DNA from: Glycera tridactyla
Taxonomy: Eukaryota
Assembly: GCA_965644265.1 (NCBI GenBank)
Contig: OZ286465.1
Coordinates: forward strand, 78,120,145-78,184,000
DNA: 63,856 nucleotides
Direction: 5' to 3'
Part shown: piece by piece, positions 53,101 to 63,856 of the stretch
Layout of the letters: each line of letters begins with the position of its first letter
Position numbering within the stretch: position 1 is the stretch's first letter
Notes under the pieces: generated by a model
What the model was told of the DNA's origin: nothing
What the model saw: the letters and a program-made list of their open reading frames with translations, nothing else
Database searches by the model: none
Translations under genes and position numbers: made by a program

Positions 53101-53637
53101 TGACAAGGAGGTCATGAACTGCTTTCTATATTAGACAGTGAGCATCCATCACAGATCTGTCTTGTTGTAATTAGTCCAAAAGGCCCAGCTTCATTCCTGT
53201 TCATTCCACTGCATCTAATCAGTGATCATGATGCTCTCACAGCACAAAATACTGTATGTCATTCACCTATACATGGCATCAGATTAATGAAGTGAACTAA
53301 TCACGAAAAAACAGTCACATATAATCATCAGTTACATAATAAAAATAACAAAATCATGCATGAATATGTTTATTCCAAATATATACTGATAGAATATATT
53401 GGTAGCCATCATAATAAATGCTCTATTTGACAAGATGTTTGAGTACCCCTCCAAAATGAGATTTCTCGATGGCGTTTTTCAGTGATGTTATTCAAACATT
53501 GAAAAAGTCACTTTAGTGCATTAGAAAAAAATGGCACCAAAACTTTTCTGAAACTCTGATGCCTAAGGATCAAGAAAATGTATGGTGCAAACAATTTTCA
53601 AACGGAACAAAATTGAATCACATATACGCCTCGAATA
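50109..53637 (-). mobile_element. Academ (XPG + Cys-rich, AcademX-type) DNA transposon remnant with ~175-bp imperfect TIRs
   Basis: TIRs 50109-~50285 and ~53460-53637, left end starting TAG. Decayed minus-strand motifs: NRLQYAPHLP*YL, RGNFWVKKNHIAF..IGSDNAVDQGNKRMK..EGL (transposase); STQEGDI..LH...PDTDVFIL and TGTDTTGSL (XPG/H3TH); EKLTQTEG...QAYNIAMIW; PAPDLL..CGC..KC...C...MICTKLCRC (Cys-rich). Confidence 0.8.
51873..52010 (+). mobile_element. tRNA-derived SINE inserted in the Academ remnant
   Basis: A box TGGCTCAGCGG at 51881, B box GGTTCAATCCC at 51924, then taccatgcagga. Confidence 0.7.
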
Positions 53638-54430
53638 CATATTCCATACAACAAATTTCATGCTGTCAATGTCACATAGTGTGAAAAGATTATTAAGTGA
53701 TTTAATGGGGTTGAAAATGTCACATCTTTATTCAATTGCCAGGTAAACCAGATGAGAGGGCACTTCATCCAACACTTATCCTTTGTCACACGCTATGTAG
53801 AATGTCTTTTGGGCGTTGTACCAATCCCCGTACCTCTATTTCTAAGGGGAGTATGCCACATGAGACTCACTTTGTGCATGACTTTGAGCTTCATGTATTT
53901 TCAGGACTCTGGGTTTCCCATGCTTTCCCCATATCTAGTGGATATCTAATCTCCAGTTTTACCCAAATAGATTTGATACTAAGTTATGAGCTGATAATTC
54001 CAATATATCACTTAGCCAGCCATACTGCAGGTTTGACTCATTTCAGTGATACAGATTCTTTTGTGGTCAGTTGTTATCCATTCTGACTGCTAACTACTGT
54101 AGATGTAAGTATTTACTGCAGATAGCTGTGCAGATCCGAGTGTTGCCAAAAAACATCTAACTATGCACCCCAGGTGCTGAGTAATCCATGAGGGCCCAGC
54201 CTGCTGCTCTGTTAGTTAGGTGACAGGGGGGGGGGGGGATATGACTTACATGGTGTGTTTTGTTGCTGGCTGTAGCTGATATATTTTGACTGCACAAAAA
54301 TGTTCATCCTCTACATTTGTGCCCGTGTGCGCGCATGTATATGTCTGTGCATGTGTTTGTCTCACCAAAAAGGTTATGATTATCGGTCAAATCAGTGGAA
54401 TCAAGGCAGGGAGATATGACTGGCTTGCAG

Positions 54431-56571
54431 GGAACATATCTGTCGTGGAGAGGCTTATGGAATGCGTCAATCGGCGGCTAATGGGGAGTACTTCACGGAC
54501 TACTCTTGATGTAATGATCTACAAGTTGATGAGATCTGCCAACTATGAGGACAATTATGAGATCATCAGTATGCTGATGGTTGTGTTTGGGGTAACTCAG
54601 CGATTGCTAATCCAATGTAATAATCCGGCTTCCGTTGCTGGCCATCTCACCAAAGTGTGTGGCTCATTGCAACTGCCCAACGATTCTCACACTACGTCAT
54701 CCTTGGTGATATCGCTGGTCGAAGGTCACTCCTTGAATCTCTACATGCAGCACTTCCGGTTGACCTACTCTCCTAGCTGTAAGGTCAATTATCTAGAGAT
54801 GCGACGTCATCAGTCATGTGACATGCACCACCGTTACTGTGGATACCTACCACCCTGGAATGAGACTAGTCCAACATCTCGAGTAACACTCTCACTGACC
54901 AGGCAGTGGCCACATGATTCTGTTCAGATACAACTTAGATATGATGTGCGCAAATCCTGGGTCATGCTGGTTCATCATCATCTGTATTTGACTGTGGGAT
55001 ATACTCTTCATTCTACAGATCCATACCCCCGTCACACAGAAATCAAGCACCAAATACAGATTCTGACTGAGTATGACTCGATCATTCAAATAAAGACTAT
55101 TTTTTGGACAAGTTGGAATCTTATTCTCTTCGATGAGCCGGGCCGGTTAGCCGGGCTGTTGGAGGATGCCCTGTCTTCTTCACATCGACTTCAAATCTGC
55201 TACCAGGCAGAATATTTCTCAGAATTTGGACATGACAGGGTTTATATTGAGCGCGTTCGTTCACCAGCTAGCATTCAAAATGGATGGCTTATTGTGAATA
55301 CTACAATCACACAGTCTTACTATCGTGTGCTTATTCCTATATTTGGATCAAGTAAGACCAGTGCTAGAATTCTGGTTCACCAATACAATACCGTCGGATA
55401 CCAAGAGGGAGAATGCAAATATGCTGGTAAGGTCATCATGGATGATAGGATCGAATATGGCCCCTTCTGTTCATACAAGCATTACTCTATGTATTCTGTT
55501 ACTGGGATTTCTCTTACTCTCAAAAATGGGCATCTGGTAATTTACACTTATAGGCCTTATGCATACATGATGCTGATGTTGGAGACAGAACCTGTCCTAC
55601 AAGCCAGAAGGGATATAGTTATTCCTCTTTGGATTCATAGTGCTTTCCTAAAATCTGATCTATTTTATCAGAGGCTTTGTTGGAATATATCAGATAAAGC
55701 AGAAACAATGGTTGCCCTACCGTCAGGATTACCAACAACAAGACAGCCTTACCTACTCATCCATATCAACCACTACTTCTTGTATGCTATGAGACACATG
55801 GTCTTGATTCCTAAGTCATCATATTGCACAGCATGTCCTCTGATGGAAGAGACTCGAGGTTTGGATTTACGGATCAACATTTCTAGTAAGTGCTCGTGTT
55901 TTGAACCAATACTCCTCTTGAGTGCAGATCGGAATAGACACAGTCTCCTCACGGGACATTCTTGTCCCAGTCACATCTCACCTTTCCAACCACAGAATAT
56001 ACTATGCCAGATCTCATCAAATGTGTCTGTCACAATTGCTACTATCAAAGTGCACGATGATGGTTTCACGTTTGTGAAGTTCACGGCTTCATCCCAGGCT
56101 TGGGTATATTTGATGATTCAGTCGGATACAGTTGGAAAATATAGTTCCAAGCCCAGAACCAAGAAATTCATCCTACAGGATTCATTGAGCTGGAAATCAG
56201 AGTACACTTTTCTCAACATGAGTATGACTTTATGGGAAGGTGCCCTCACTTACGTGAATATCAGTTTCCACTCAAACACTTTCACATACTGCTCACAGGG
56301 AATACGATCCTACTCAACAAATCGCCTTACAATCCACATGGCATCAGTGACCAGTGCCAAAAATACTGAAATTTGTATCGGTTATCGATGCTATTTGATC
56401 ATCAATGCATACAGACTGTCATGGATTGAAGCTGAGAGGATGTGTAGTGCATGGAACAGCACCTTGGTTAGCATTAATAGTTATGAAGAGCTTGACATAG
56501 TAAGACACATACTACGTAGATATGTACCAGAGACCATATCATATTTGTTCATTGGATTAAAACAGATGAGG
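54431..56571 (+). CDS. GRL101-like receptor ectodomain exon (CUB-like segments + N-half of C-type lectin)
   Basis: Stop-free for >800 codons. YCGYLPPWNET and CKYAG...YGPFC (CUB-like). CYLI...SWIEAERMC...LVSINSYEE...FIGL (CTL). Donor atgagg|gtgagt, phase 0. The 5' acceptor (cttgcag| at 54430, phase 1) is inferred. Confidence 0.75.
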
Positions 56572-56599
56572 GTGAGTTGCCTATTCAGACATAAGTGTC

Positions 56600-56601
56600 G
56601 T

Positions 56602-56633
<32 letters not shown>

Positions 56634-56720
56634 TAAATATCGTCATCATCATTGTCGTCAACATCGTGGTCATCACCACCCCACCATCTTCATTGTTGTT
56701 GTCTTCGTTGTCGTCGTCAT
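56600..56720. repeat. Intronic CAT/CAG/GTC trinucleotide repeats
   Basis: Direct reading; lies downstream of the 56571 donor. Confidence 0.85.
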
Positions 56721-57064
56721 CATGACAAACACCGCCATCCCCAGACCACCCTGAAACATACACACCATGATTGACAAAATGAGGATGATCGTGTCTTATC
56801 ATATCCAAGTGAATGAACAGACAAAAGATGAGACCATATACTGAAACCCCTCTCAACTATACTTCTCAACATTGGACCTTATTTCAGATGTCACTCTGCA
56901 CTTGTGTTGGTGTCTGTCAGATGCCTTCGCAATGGTTATGAGTGAGGATATTCAAGACATCACCTGCTGATTTCTCGAGGAAGGTGAAAAGTCTGATAAA
57001 TGGGCATGCAATGGATATTAGTGAGAAGAATGAGCAGCATCATTACTCTCAGACCTTTAGCTGT

Positions 57065-57212
57065 AGTCGTAGCTAACAATTGCCAACGTTCTGTAATGGA
57101 AACAGGACCCCCCCATCTCGTTTTATGACACTCAAGATAAAGATTATTTGATAGGGAATTTTGTTGAACGTTTCCTTTGTTAGCTCAACTGACCAGCCTG
57201 CTGATTGCACTC
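57065..57212 (+). repeat. Dispersed repeat with an inverted copy at ~60890-61035
   Basis: Shared tgtaatggaaaca...tgttagctcaactga(c/a)cagcctgctgat. Confidence 0.75.
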
Positions 57213-57240
57213 ATTTCACCACCTGATTTATATGTTACAG

Positions 57241-60200
57241 GGTACCCTTGGCTGGACTGATAACAGGGCATTGAGTATATCACAAATTAATGAATACATT
57301 CTGATGAACACAACTCACATTTACAAAGACAAGGCCCTGACTGCTCATGATTGGATATCAGAAGTGATACAGGGAGATGCACACAGATATAATATCACAT
57401 TAGCTTGCCACTTTTTGTGGCTTCATTCACCCCATATACAGTTCATGCCCTGGATCAGAATCTCCTGTACAAAACAGTTCTACGTGAAATACATCATCTG
57501 TGAACATGAGAGAACTACCTCATTCCAGGCCTTAACAACGATCAGTGGGACATCTGCTGTCCCAGGAGACCCCAGAACAAAGGATGAGATATTGACTATC
57601 CTGAGATATACCACTCGCAAATGCAACAAATACTGGACATACATCAATGGACAATGTTACAGAGTAATGCAGGGGAGGAAAGACAGTCTGGAAAATATTG
57701 CTGAGTATCCGATAGATGTTAATATGGCGGTGAGTGAGAGGAGACGGGTATGGCACCACATAATCAATTACCTGGAGGATTATGTGACACATCAAGTGAA
57801 GCATAGAAAATATATCGTGATGAGAATTCACGGTCAGTGTGCCTCATTGGTGAGGACACAGAGCGCATCAGGTAGCATCTGGCGTCGAGTTACCGACTGC
57901 TCACTCATGCTGCAGGCTGGCTTCATGCTCCATACAAAACATGACCTCTGCTCTGCTGACCGAGATTACTTCATTCGGCAATTCATCAAATCTCCAACAA
58001 TCAGGAATATACCACATGCCTATGTGCTCCCACGATATGACACTGAGGTGGTCAATTCAGACAGAGCACATCTGCAAATGTCTGCCTACCTAGCAAAGCT
58101 TCATCCGAAGGAGCAAGGGAGAGGCATAGGGTTCAAAATCACTGATGGTAAGAATGCCACATCAGGTTCAAAATTGTGCTCAATATTATATCCATCTGAT
58201 GTGGGAGATCCGCCATCCTGGCGATCCCATAGCCAAACTATTAAATGCCATCATCTTGAATATATCTTGGGCAAGACAGGAGTCATTGGGTCGAATTCAA
58301 AGCAAGGTATGTGTCCAGTGAATTATATCAGATGCTCCGATGGCAGCTGCATATCACAAAGACGACGTTGTGATAACAGCATCGATTGTTTGGATGGTTC
58401 TGATGAGAGTGATTGTCCAATGATCTGCACAAGGTCGGACCAGACAAGATGCAGAGCAGAGTGTCAATACCCAGCGTGTAGATGTTCTGACTTACATCAC
58501 CAATGCTCAGGCAGTGGTTGCATATCCATGTCTAGAGTATGTGACCAAGTAATTGACTGTTTGGATGCCTCGGATGAATACTGCTGCTCAGAACAGATGT
58601 TTGAAATTCATGGAGATGTTGAGCAACATATTACGAGCCTGCCAACAGATGATGCATGTCTCTTCAACAGAGTAGAACTACTCTCTCCAGACCAGGATAT
58701 TCACCTTAGATGCTGTTCAAATCATGAATGTCCAGGAATGTACAAATGTTATGACTCATATTGCATCCCATACCGTTATGTCTGCGATGGCCTGAGAGAT
58801 TGTCCAGCAGGAGAAGAAGAACTTCAATGCAACTTGCTCGTATGTCATGGAATGCTGAAATGTATTGAAGATGCTATCTGCATCGCCTGGGAAGAAGTGT
58901 GTGATGGGATCAAACATTGCCAGATGTCTGGTGATGACGAGATGCTGTGTGATTTACCATCATGCCCCAAAGGTTGTCTTTGTGTTGGCTTAGTTGTCAT
59001 ATGCACTGCTAAAAATCTCACATCAATGCCCACATATCACATGTTTACAAAGTCATATGACATGTCGAGTAACATGATAACGTTAGGTCCAAATGAATTT
59101 GAAGGCCAATCCTGTCCGCTGAAACTGATTCTGCGGAATAACAAAATCACTGAAATTCACACAGCTGTATTCTCCAAACTAGACAAATTGCAAGAATTAG
59201 ACATCTCAATGAATGATATCTCAGTGGTTGGACAAAAGTCGTTTCTGGGTCTGATCTCCTTACGCATTATATCCCTACAGAACAACAACATTAGGACATT
59301 GGAGAGATGTAGCTACATAGGCCTGCCTAGATTACACATTCTTGACTTGAGCAAACAGAGGATAGCAATAATATTTCCTTCAACCTTCCATGGATTGGAG
59401 TTCCTCTTTTATCTCAATCTATCCAACAATCTTATAACACACATAGCATTGCACCTATTTGAGGGTCTGCATAGATTAGAAGTGATCGACATATCAAACA
59501 ACCCAATAGCCTACTTCCATAGTGATTCACTGGTCGGACACACCTCAATACAGAATGTTTATTGCACACTACCAGAGTTGTGCTGTTTTATCCCTCCACA
59601 AGTTGTTTGTGGAATGCAAGAGGTGTATCATCTATTCTCATGTGGGTTGTTAATTCCTAGCACTGAATTGAGAATAGTGATATATATCATGGGCCCCATG
59701 GTGCTGACTGTGATTATGATGACATATATAAGCAGGCATCATTTGCAATCCAAGAAAAGTGATCAGACTCTAGGTGGCGAGCTCTATCTTATCACATCTG
59801 ACTGCATGATAGGGCTCTATCTCATCGAGATGCTGATCACGGATGGCTTATACAAGGACCAGTTTCCACTACATGTCAGCAGCTGGAGGACTGATATCCA
59901 ATGTAAAGCTGCTGGATTTCTTGTCTCATTCCACTTCTCTGGTGGAATCCTGTCGACTTTGGTTATTGCTTTGGAGTGGTTTGTTATAGTCTTCTTTCCT
60001 TTCAGGTCCAAAGAAATGATTGGCTCCTTCAAAAAAATGATACCATTGTGTCTCATCCTGAATGTTGGCTTGTCATCTTTAATTTCAACTTTGTTGTCCA
60101 CAGCCACAGACACATGTGTGTTTCTCATGTCCGATATCAATGACATGACTGATATGACAGTCATCTTGCTACCAGTTGTTGGTGATTCTGTTCTACTTGT

Positions 60201-60465
60201 ATTGGCCGCCATTATCATGGGGTCATCAAGATGGATTGTGTATGATGTACGAAGGACTTCCGGTCGTCAACAGACACATCAGGAAACAATACTCACTATT
60301 CGGGTCTGTCTCCTAAATGTCTGTAACTTTCTCAGGTGGTCGACTTCAGTGTTCGGGGCAATCATCACACTCAATGACCTGCCCATCTCCGAGGTTGCCA
60401 TCTTCTGGGTATTGATTTGTGTTCTGTCGCCACTGGCAATAACAAGATCACTTTTGCTTGGTTAA
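57241..60465 (+). CDS. GRL101-like LGR terminal exon: CTL C-half, 4 LDLa, LRRNT + LRRs, hinge, 7TM
   Basis: Acceptor tgttacag|GGT, phase 0, gives FIGLKQMR|GTLGWTD. LDLa examples CSDGSCISQRRRCDNSIDCLDGSDE. CPKGCLC cap, LRRs, ELCC hinge. LGR-type SDCMIGLYL...WRTDIQCKAAGFL. Confidence 0.9.
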   Translation, partial: GTLGWTDNRALSISQINEYILMNTTHIYKDKALTAHDWISEVIQGDAHRYNITLACHFLWLHSPHIQFMPWIRISCTKQFYVKYIICEHERTTSFQALTTISGTSAVPGDPRTKDEILTILRYTTRKCNKYWTYINGQCYRVMQGRKDSLENIAEYPIDVNMAVSERRRVWHHIINYLEDYVTHQVKHRKYIVMRIHGQCASLVRTQSASGSIWRRVTDCSLMLQAGFMLHTKHDLCSADRDYFIRQFIKSPTIRNIPHAYVLPRYDTEVVNSDRAHLQMSAYLAKLHPKEQGRGIGFKITDGKNATSGSKLCSILYPSDVGDPPSWRSHSQTIKCHHLEYILGKTGVIGSNSKQGMCPVNYIRCSDGSCISQRRRCDNSIDCLDGSDESDCPMICTRSDQTRCRAECQYPACRCSDLHHQCSGSGCISMSRVCDQVIDCLDASDEYCCSEQMFEIHGDVEQHITSLPTDDACLFNRVELLSPDQDIHLRCCSNHECPGMYKCYDSYCIPYRYVCDGLRDCPAGEEELQCNLLVCHGMLKCIEDAICIAWEEVCDGIKHCQMSGDDEMLCDLPSCPKGCLCVGLVVICTAKNLTSMPTYHMFTKSYDMSSNMITLGPNEFEGQSCPLKLILRNNKITEIHTAVFSKLDKLQELDISMNDISVVGQKSFLGLISLRIISLQNNNIRTLERCSYIGLPRLHILDLSKQRIAIIFPSTFHGLEFLFYLNLSNNLITHIALHLFEGLHRLEVIDISNNPIAYFHSDSLVGHTSIQNVYCTLPELCCFIPPQVVCGMQEVYHLFSCGLLIPSTELRIVIYIMGPMVLTVIMMTYISRHHLQSKKSDQTLGGELYLITSDCMIGLYLIEMLITDGLYKDQFPLHVSSWRTDIQCKAAGFLVSFHFSGGILSTLVIALEWFVIVFFPFRSKEMIGSFKKMIPLCLILNVGLSSLISTLLSTATDTCVFLMSDINDMTDMTVILLPVVGDSVLLVLAAIIMGSSRWIVYDVRRTSGRQQTHQETILTIRVCLLNVCNFLRWSTSVFGAIITLNDLPISEVAIFWVLICVLSPLAITRSLLLG

Positions 60466-62036
60466 CACCTGACAGGGCTACATACTTTCAGGTCACATCA
60501 CTACCACAAATCAATTGAAATCATTATTTATGCTGTCATGGAAAAAGTTACAATTTGACTATATCTTTTCCACTCGAGAAAACGAACAATATTAACCAAG
60601 AACAAAAGAGCATAAAAATACAAATAATACATAAATGTAGGCAATAAAACACATATAAGGCATACCGATGGAAGATGTAAAACTACCTTTAGATTGGTAG
60701 AATTCTTGAAAGGTCTTCGTGACGATTCTGATGGGAGGTTTTGCAGTAGAAATCATCACGACTCCCTTACTTAATAACATATGATATTCTGTCTATGGTC
60801 CTATATTTTTTTTTGATTCACGGTTTTGTATGGAATGATTAGAGATGGAGATATACATCATCGGTATCTCAAAACAAGAGCAAACTAAGAGTAAATATCA
60901 GCAGGCTGTTCAGTTGAGCTAACAGAGAAAACATTTGCCAAATCCCCTACAAAATATTCTCTACCTTGGATGTGTCGAAAATGAATGGGGACTTTGTTTC
61001 CATTACAAAGCGTTAGCGATTGTTAACTGCAACTGAACACCCTGCAGGTCTAGGTTTCAGGATATGTACGCAGATGTCTGAGTATTCCTTGTAATTTAGG
61101 GATTATGCCATCATTTTGGAGATAGAAAGTAACTTCATCACCGTAAATGTCTTTCGGTAACCTGCCATAATGAGTGACACTTAGTCTTCGCCTTTTGCTT
61201 CCGAGTTCCGATAGAGCTTGAACTTTAATTCGAAGCAACTCCATTCAGACAGGAAACTCTCTTCCTTATACTGTGTGTGAATCGCCGCCTATCCATGTCT
61301 TGAACTGAACCATGGTTCTTTTTTTTTTTGCTGAATCACTCAGTATTGAGATTTCTAATGAAATTTAATGTATGGAGTGTTTGTGTGAAATATCTTTCGT
61401 TTTTATAGAAATTACACATTTCTATTTTGATATCATCTCGTATATCTTGCCATAGATAAGATCTACTTCTCTGACTGCTAGAGTTGGATGAGTCATTGTA
61501 ATTTTATTTGGTAGTCAATAAATATATATCTGCAACTCTATTCCCAAGTCCTTACTTTTTATCCAGTACTTGAGCATGTCATTCAAATCATTGAAAGAAC
61601 TTATTCTATTTACATCATGCATTGAGTCAGCTATCCGAGGGGATTGAATATGTAATACTGATCACATCATTCTTCTGTTGCTAGACGAATGAACACTGAA
61701 AACAACTCGATCCACAGGGACAATACCATAAAATAGTTTATGGGAGAAATGCCCGGTCACACTGCATACTGTCTCTTGCACTTGTTGAATAGAAATCTTC
61801 TTGGAATTGAAATTAGCTTTGAGCCACATGAGCTATTTATCATAAGGATTTGGGAGATACCAATTAATACCTGTTGGATGACTGGTTCCAAGGTCTTTTT
61901 ATTTTACAAAGGATTACACAGGGATAGACAATATCCTATATCAACCTGTCTCCATGAGCAAGGCTACATAATTTTGCCAGACCCAGTCATTTAGGTACAT
62001 GCATAACATCAAATTTCCAAAACTGAAGGCATGGCG

Positions 62037-63105
62037 TTTGAGGTACATGCATTATATCCTGATAACCTGTCTCAAGGAGCCAGGCCCCTTGATTTGGCCA
62101 GGGCCAGCCTTTCAGGTATATTTATGACCTGTATCCAAGAGCAGGACTTCTTTATTTGGTTAGGCCCGGCCTTTGAGGTACCTGCATTATATCCCAATGA
62201 CTTGTCTCCAAGAGCCGGGTGCCTTGATTCGACCAGGCCTGGCCCTAAAAGTACATGCAATTTATCCCAATGACCTGTCACCAAGAGCTGGGCTCCATAG
62301 TTTGGCCAGGCCCGGCCTTTGAGGTAAATGCATTATATCCCAAAGACTTGTTTCCAAGAGCAGTGCGCCTTGATGTTGCCAGGCCCAGTCTTTGAGGTAC
62401 ATGGATTATTTCCTGAAGACCTGTCTCCGAGAGCCAGGCACCTTGATTCAGCCAGGCCAAGCCATTGACGTATATTCATTGTATCCTGATGACCTGTCTC
62501 CAAGAGCACGGCCTTTGAGGTACGTGCATTATATCCCAGTAAGATGTTTGAAAGAGCCGGTCTCCCTGATTTTGGTGGGCGCACCCTTCCAGGTATAGTA
62601 ATCACATCTCCATGGCGTGGCTCTAGGAACTGGGCTCAATGATTTAGTGAGGCCTGGTCATTCAGGTATATCAATTATATCCTAATGACCTCTGACCAAG
62701 ATCCGGGCTCTATGATTTTGTGAGGCACAGCCTTTGAAGTACAGTAAAACCTGTCTATAGTGAAAAGTCACGGGCCAGATTTTTCTTATCACTGTAGACA
62801 GGATTTCACTATACACAGGTCAATTATAGTGAAAAAAAACAACGTTCGATGCAGCCTTTCAGGTACATTGCAGCTTACTTACCTGTCTCCAATGATCTTG
62901 TGAGGCCCGGCCTTCAAGGTATATCAGTCATATCGTAATGACCTGTGTCCAGGAGTCAGATTCAATGATTTTGTGAGGCCTGGTCTTCAAGGTCTATCAA
63001 TCATTACTTGTCTCTAAGTACGTTGCTGAATGATTTTGTGAGGCCCGGCCTCTGAGGTATGCTCATTGTAACCTAATGACCTGTCTCCAAGAGTCTGGCC
63101 AGAAA
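62037..63105 (+). repeat. Diverged ~73-bp tandem satellite (~14-15 units), interrupted at ~62741-62850
   Basis: Unit tttgaggtacatgcattatatcc.aatgacctgtctccaagagc...tgattt...aggcccggcc. Confidence 0.85.
62743..62812. mobile_element. Small Tc1/mariner-like inverted-repeat element inside the satellite
   Basis: ta|cagtaaaacctgtctatagtga ... tcactgtagacaggatttcacta. Confidence 0.45.
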
Positions 63106-63856
63106 GTGAAGATGCTGGTCTCTCTCGACCTGACAAAGACATGCTAGTACTGAATGCTTACGAAGTCTGGTGGAGACAGCTTGAGTGAGGAGGTGCCTCA
63201 CTAAAGTTCTAGACTGAGATCTGCAGCTGAAATCAAGTCGTGCATGGAAGACCGCAAAATCTGGCGTGCCATTATTACCCGGGGAGACCCAACCTGATGN
63301 NNNNNNNNNNNNNNNNNNNNNNNNNNNNNNNNNNNNNNNNNNNNNNNNNNNNNNNNNNNNNNNNNNNNNNNNNNNNNNNNNNNNNNNNNNNNNNNNNNNN
63401 NNNNNNNNNNNNNNNNNNNNNNNNNNNNNNNNNNNNNNNNNNNNNNNNNNNNNNNNNNNNNNNNNNNNNNNNNNNNNNNNNNNNNNNNNNNNNNNNNNNN
63501 NNNNNNNNNNNNNNNNNNNNNNNNNNNNNNNNNNNNNNNNNNNNNNNNNNNNNNNNNNNNNNNNNNNNNNNNNNNNNNNNNNNNNNNNNNNNNGCGCAGT
63601 TGGGCGCTCTTGTTACCCTTTCTACCGGCATTCCACTCGGCAGGGCTCTCTTCAAAGACAATCGACAATCTATTTACTTCTTGTGAACATACTGTATGAG
63701 CCCTAGCCGACCACCAACCACCACTGTGTCGTCATTCAATTGCAATCGTGAGCAACTTCCATGAATAGCGGGTGTGTATATATTGACGACATTAGATCAA
63801 ATTCACAGCAACTCCCTGATACAATCATGTTCATACACGCCTCGGATCGAGTTGAC

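Noticed and set aside
56572-56754. Poly-Q/His-rich C-terminal extension of the 822-aa ORF
   Set aside because: It lies after a strong phase-0 donor (56571) whose splice reconstitutes the C-type lectin domain, so it is intronic.

Overview
Repeat-rich, AT-rich invertebrate animal genomic DNA with GT-AG introns and 4 N-gaps; probably a lophotrochozoan or invertebrate deuterostome, which is an inference from the GRL101-like receptor. The left two-thirds is a nest of decayed transposons. It contains a near-identical 3.1-kb tandem duplication and a PIF/Harbinger-ISL2EU-type element whose spliced THAP-HTH-DDE transposase gene (minus, 25006->12778) faces a SAP-domain partner gene. That transposase is interrupted by a ~7.4-kb CR1/L2-group LINE carrying an SGNH-esterase ORF1 and a 464-bp higher-order tandem array between ORF1 and ORF2. 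A near full-length Tx1/L1 element follows at ~34-39.5 kb. The right third holds host gene(s) on +: two exons encoding signal peptide plus LRRs, and two very large exons encoding a GRL101-like LGR (CUB-like segments, C-type lectin, 4 LDLa, LRR, 7TM). Splice phases allow all four exons to join into one ~2450-aa receptor whose 7TM lacks the DRY arginine and NPxxY. The putative introns hold an Academ DNA transposon remnant, SINEs, LINE 3' fragments and minisatellites. All family assignments come from motifs read by eye; no database searches were run.
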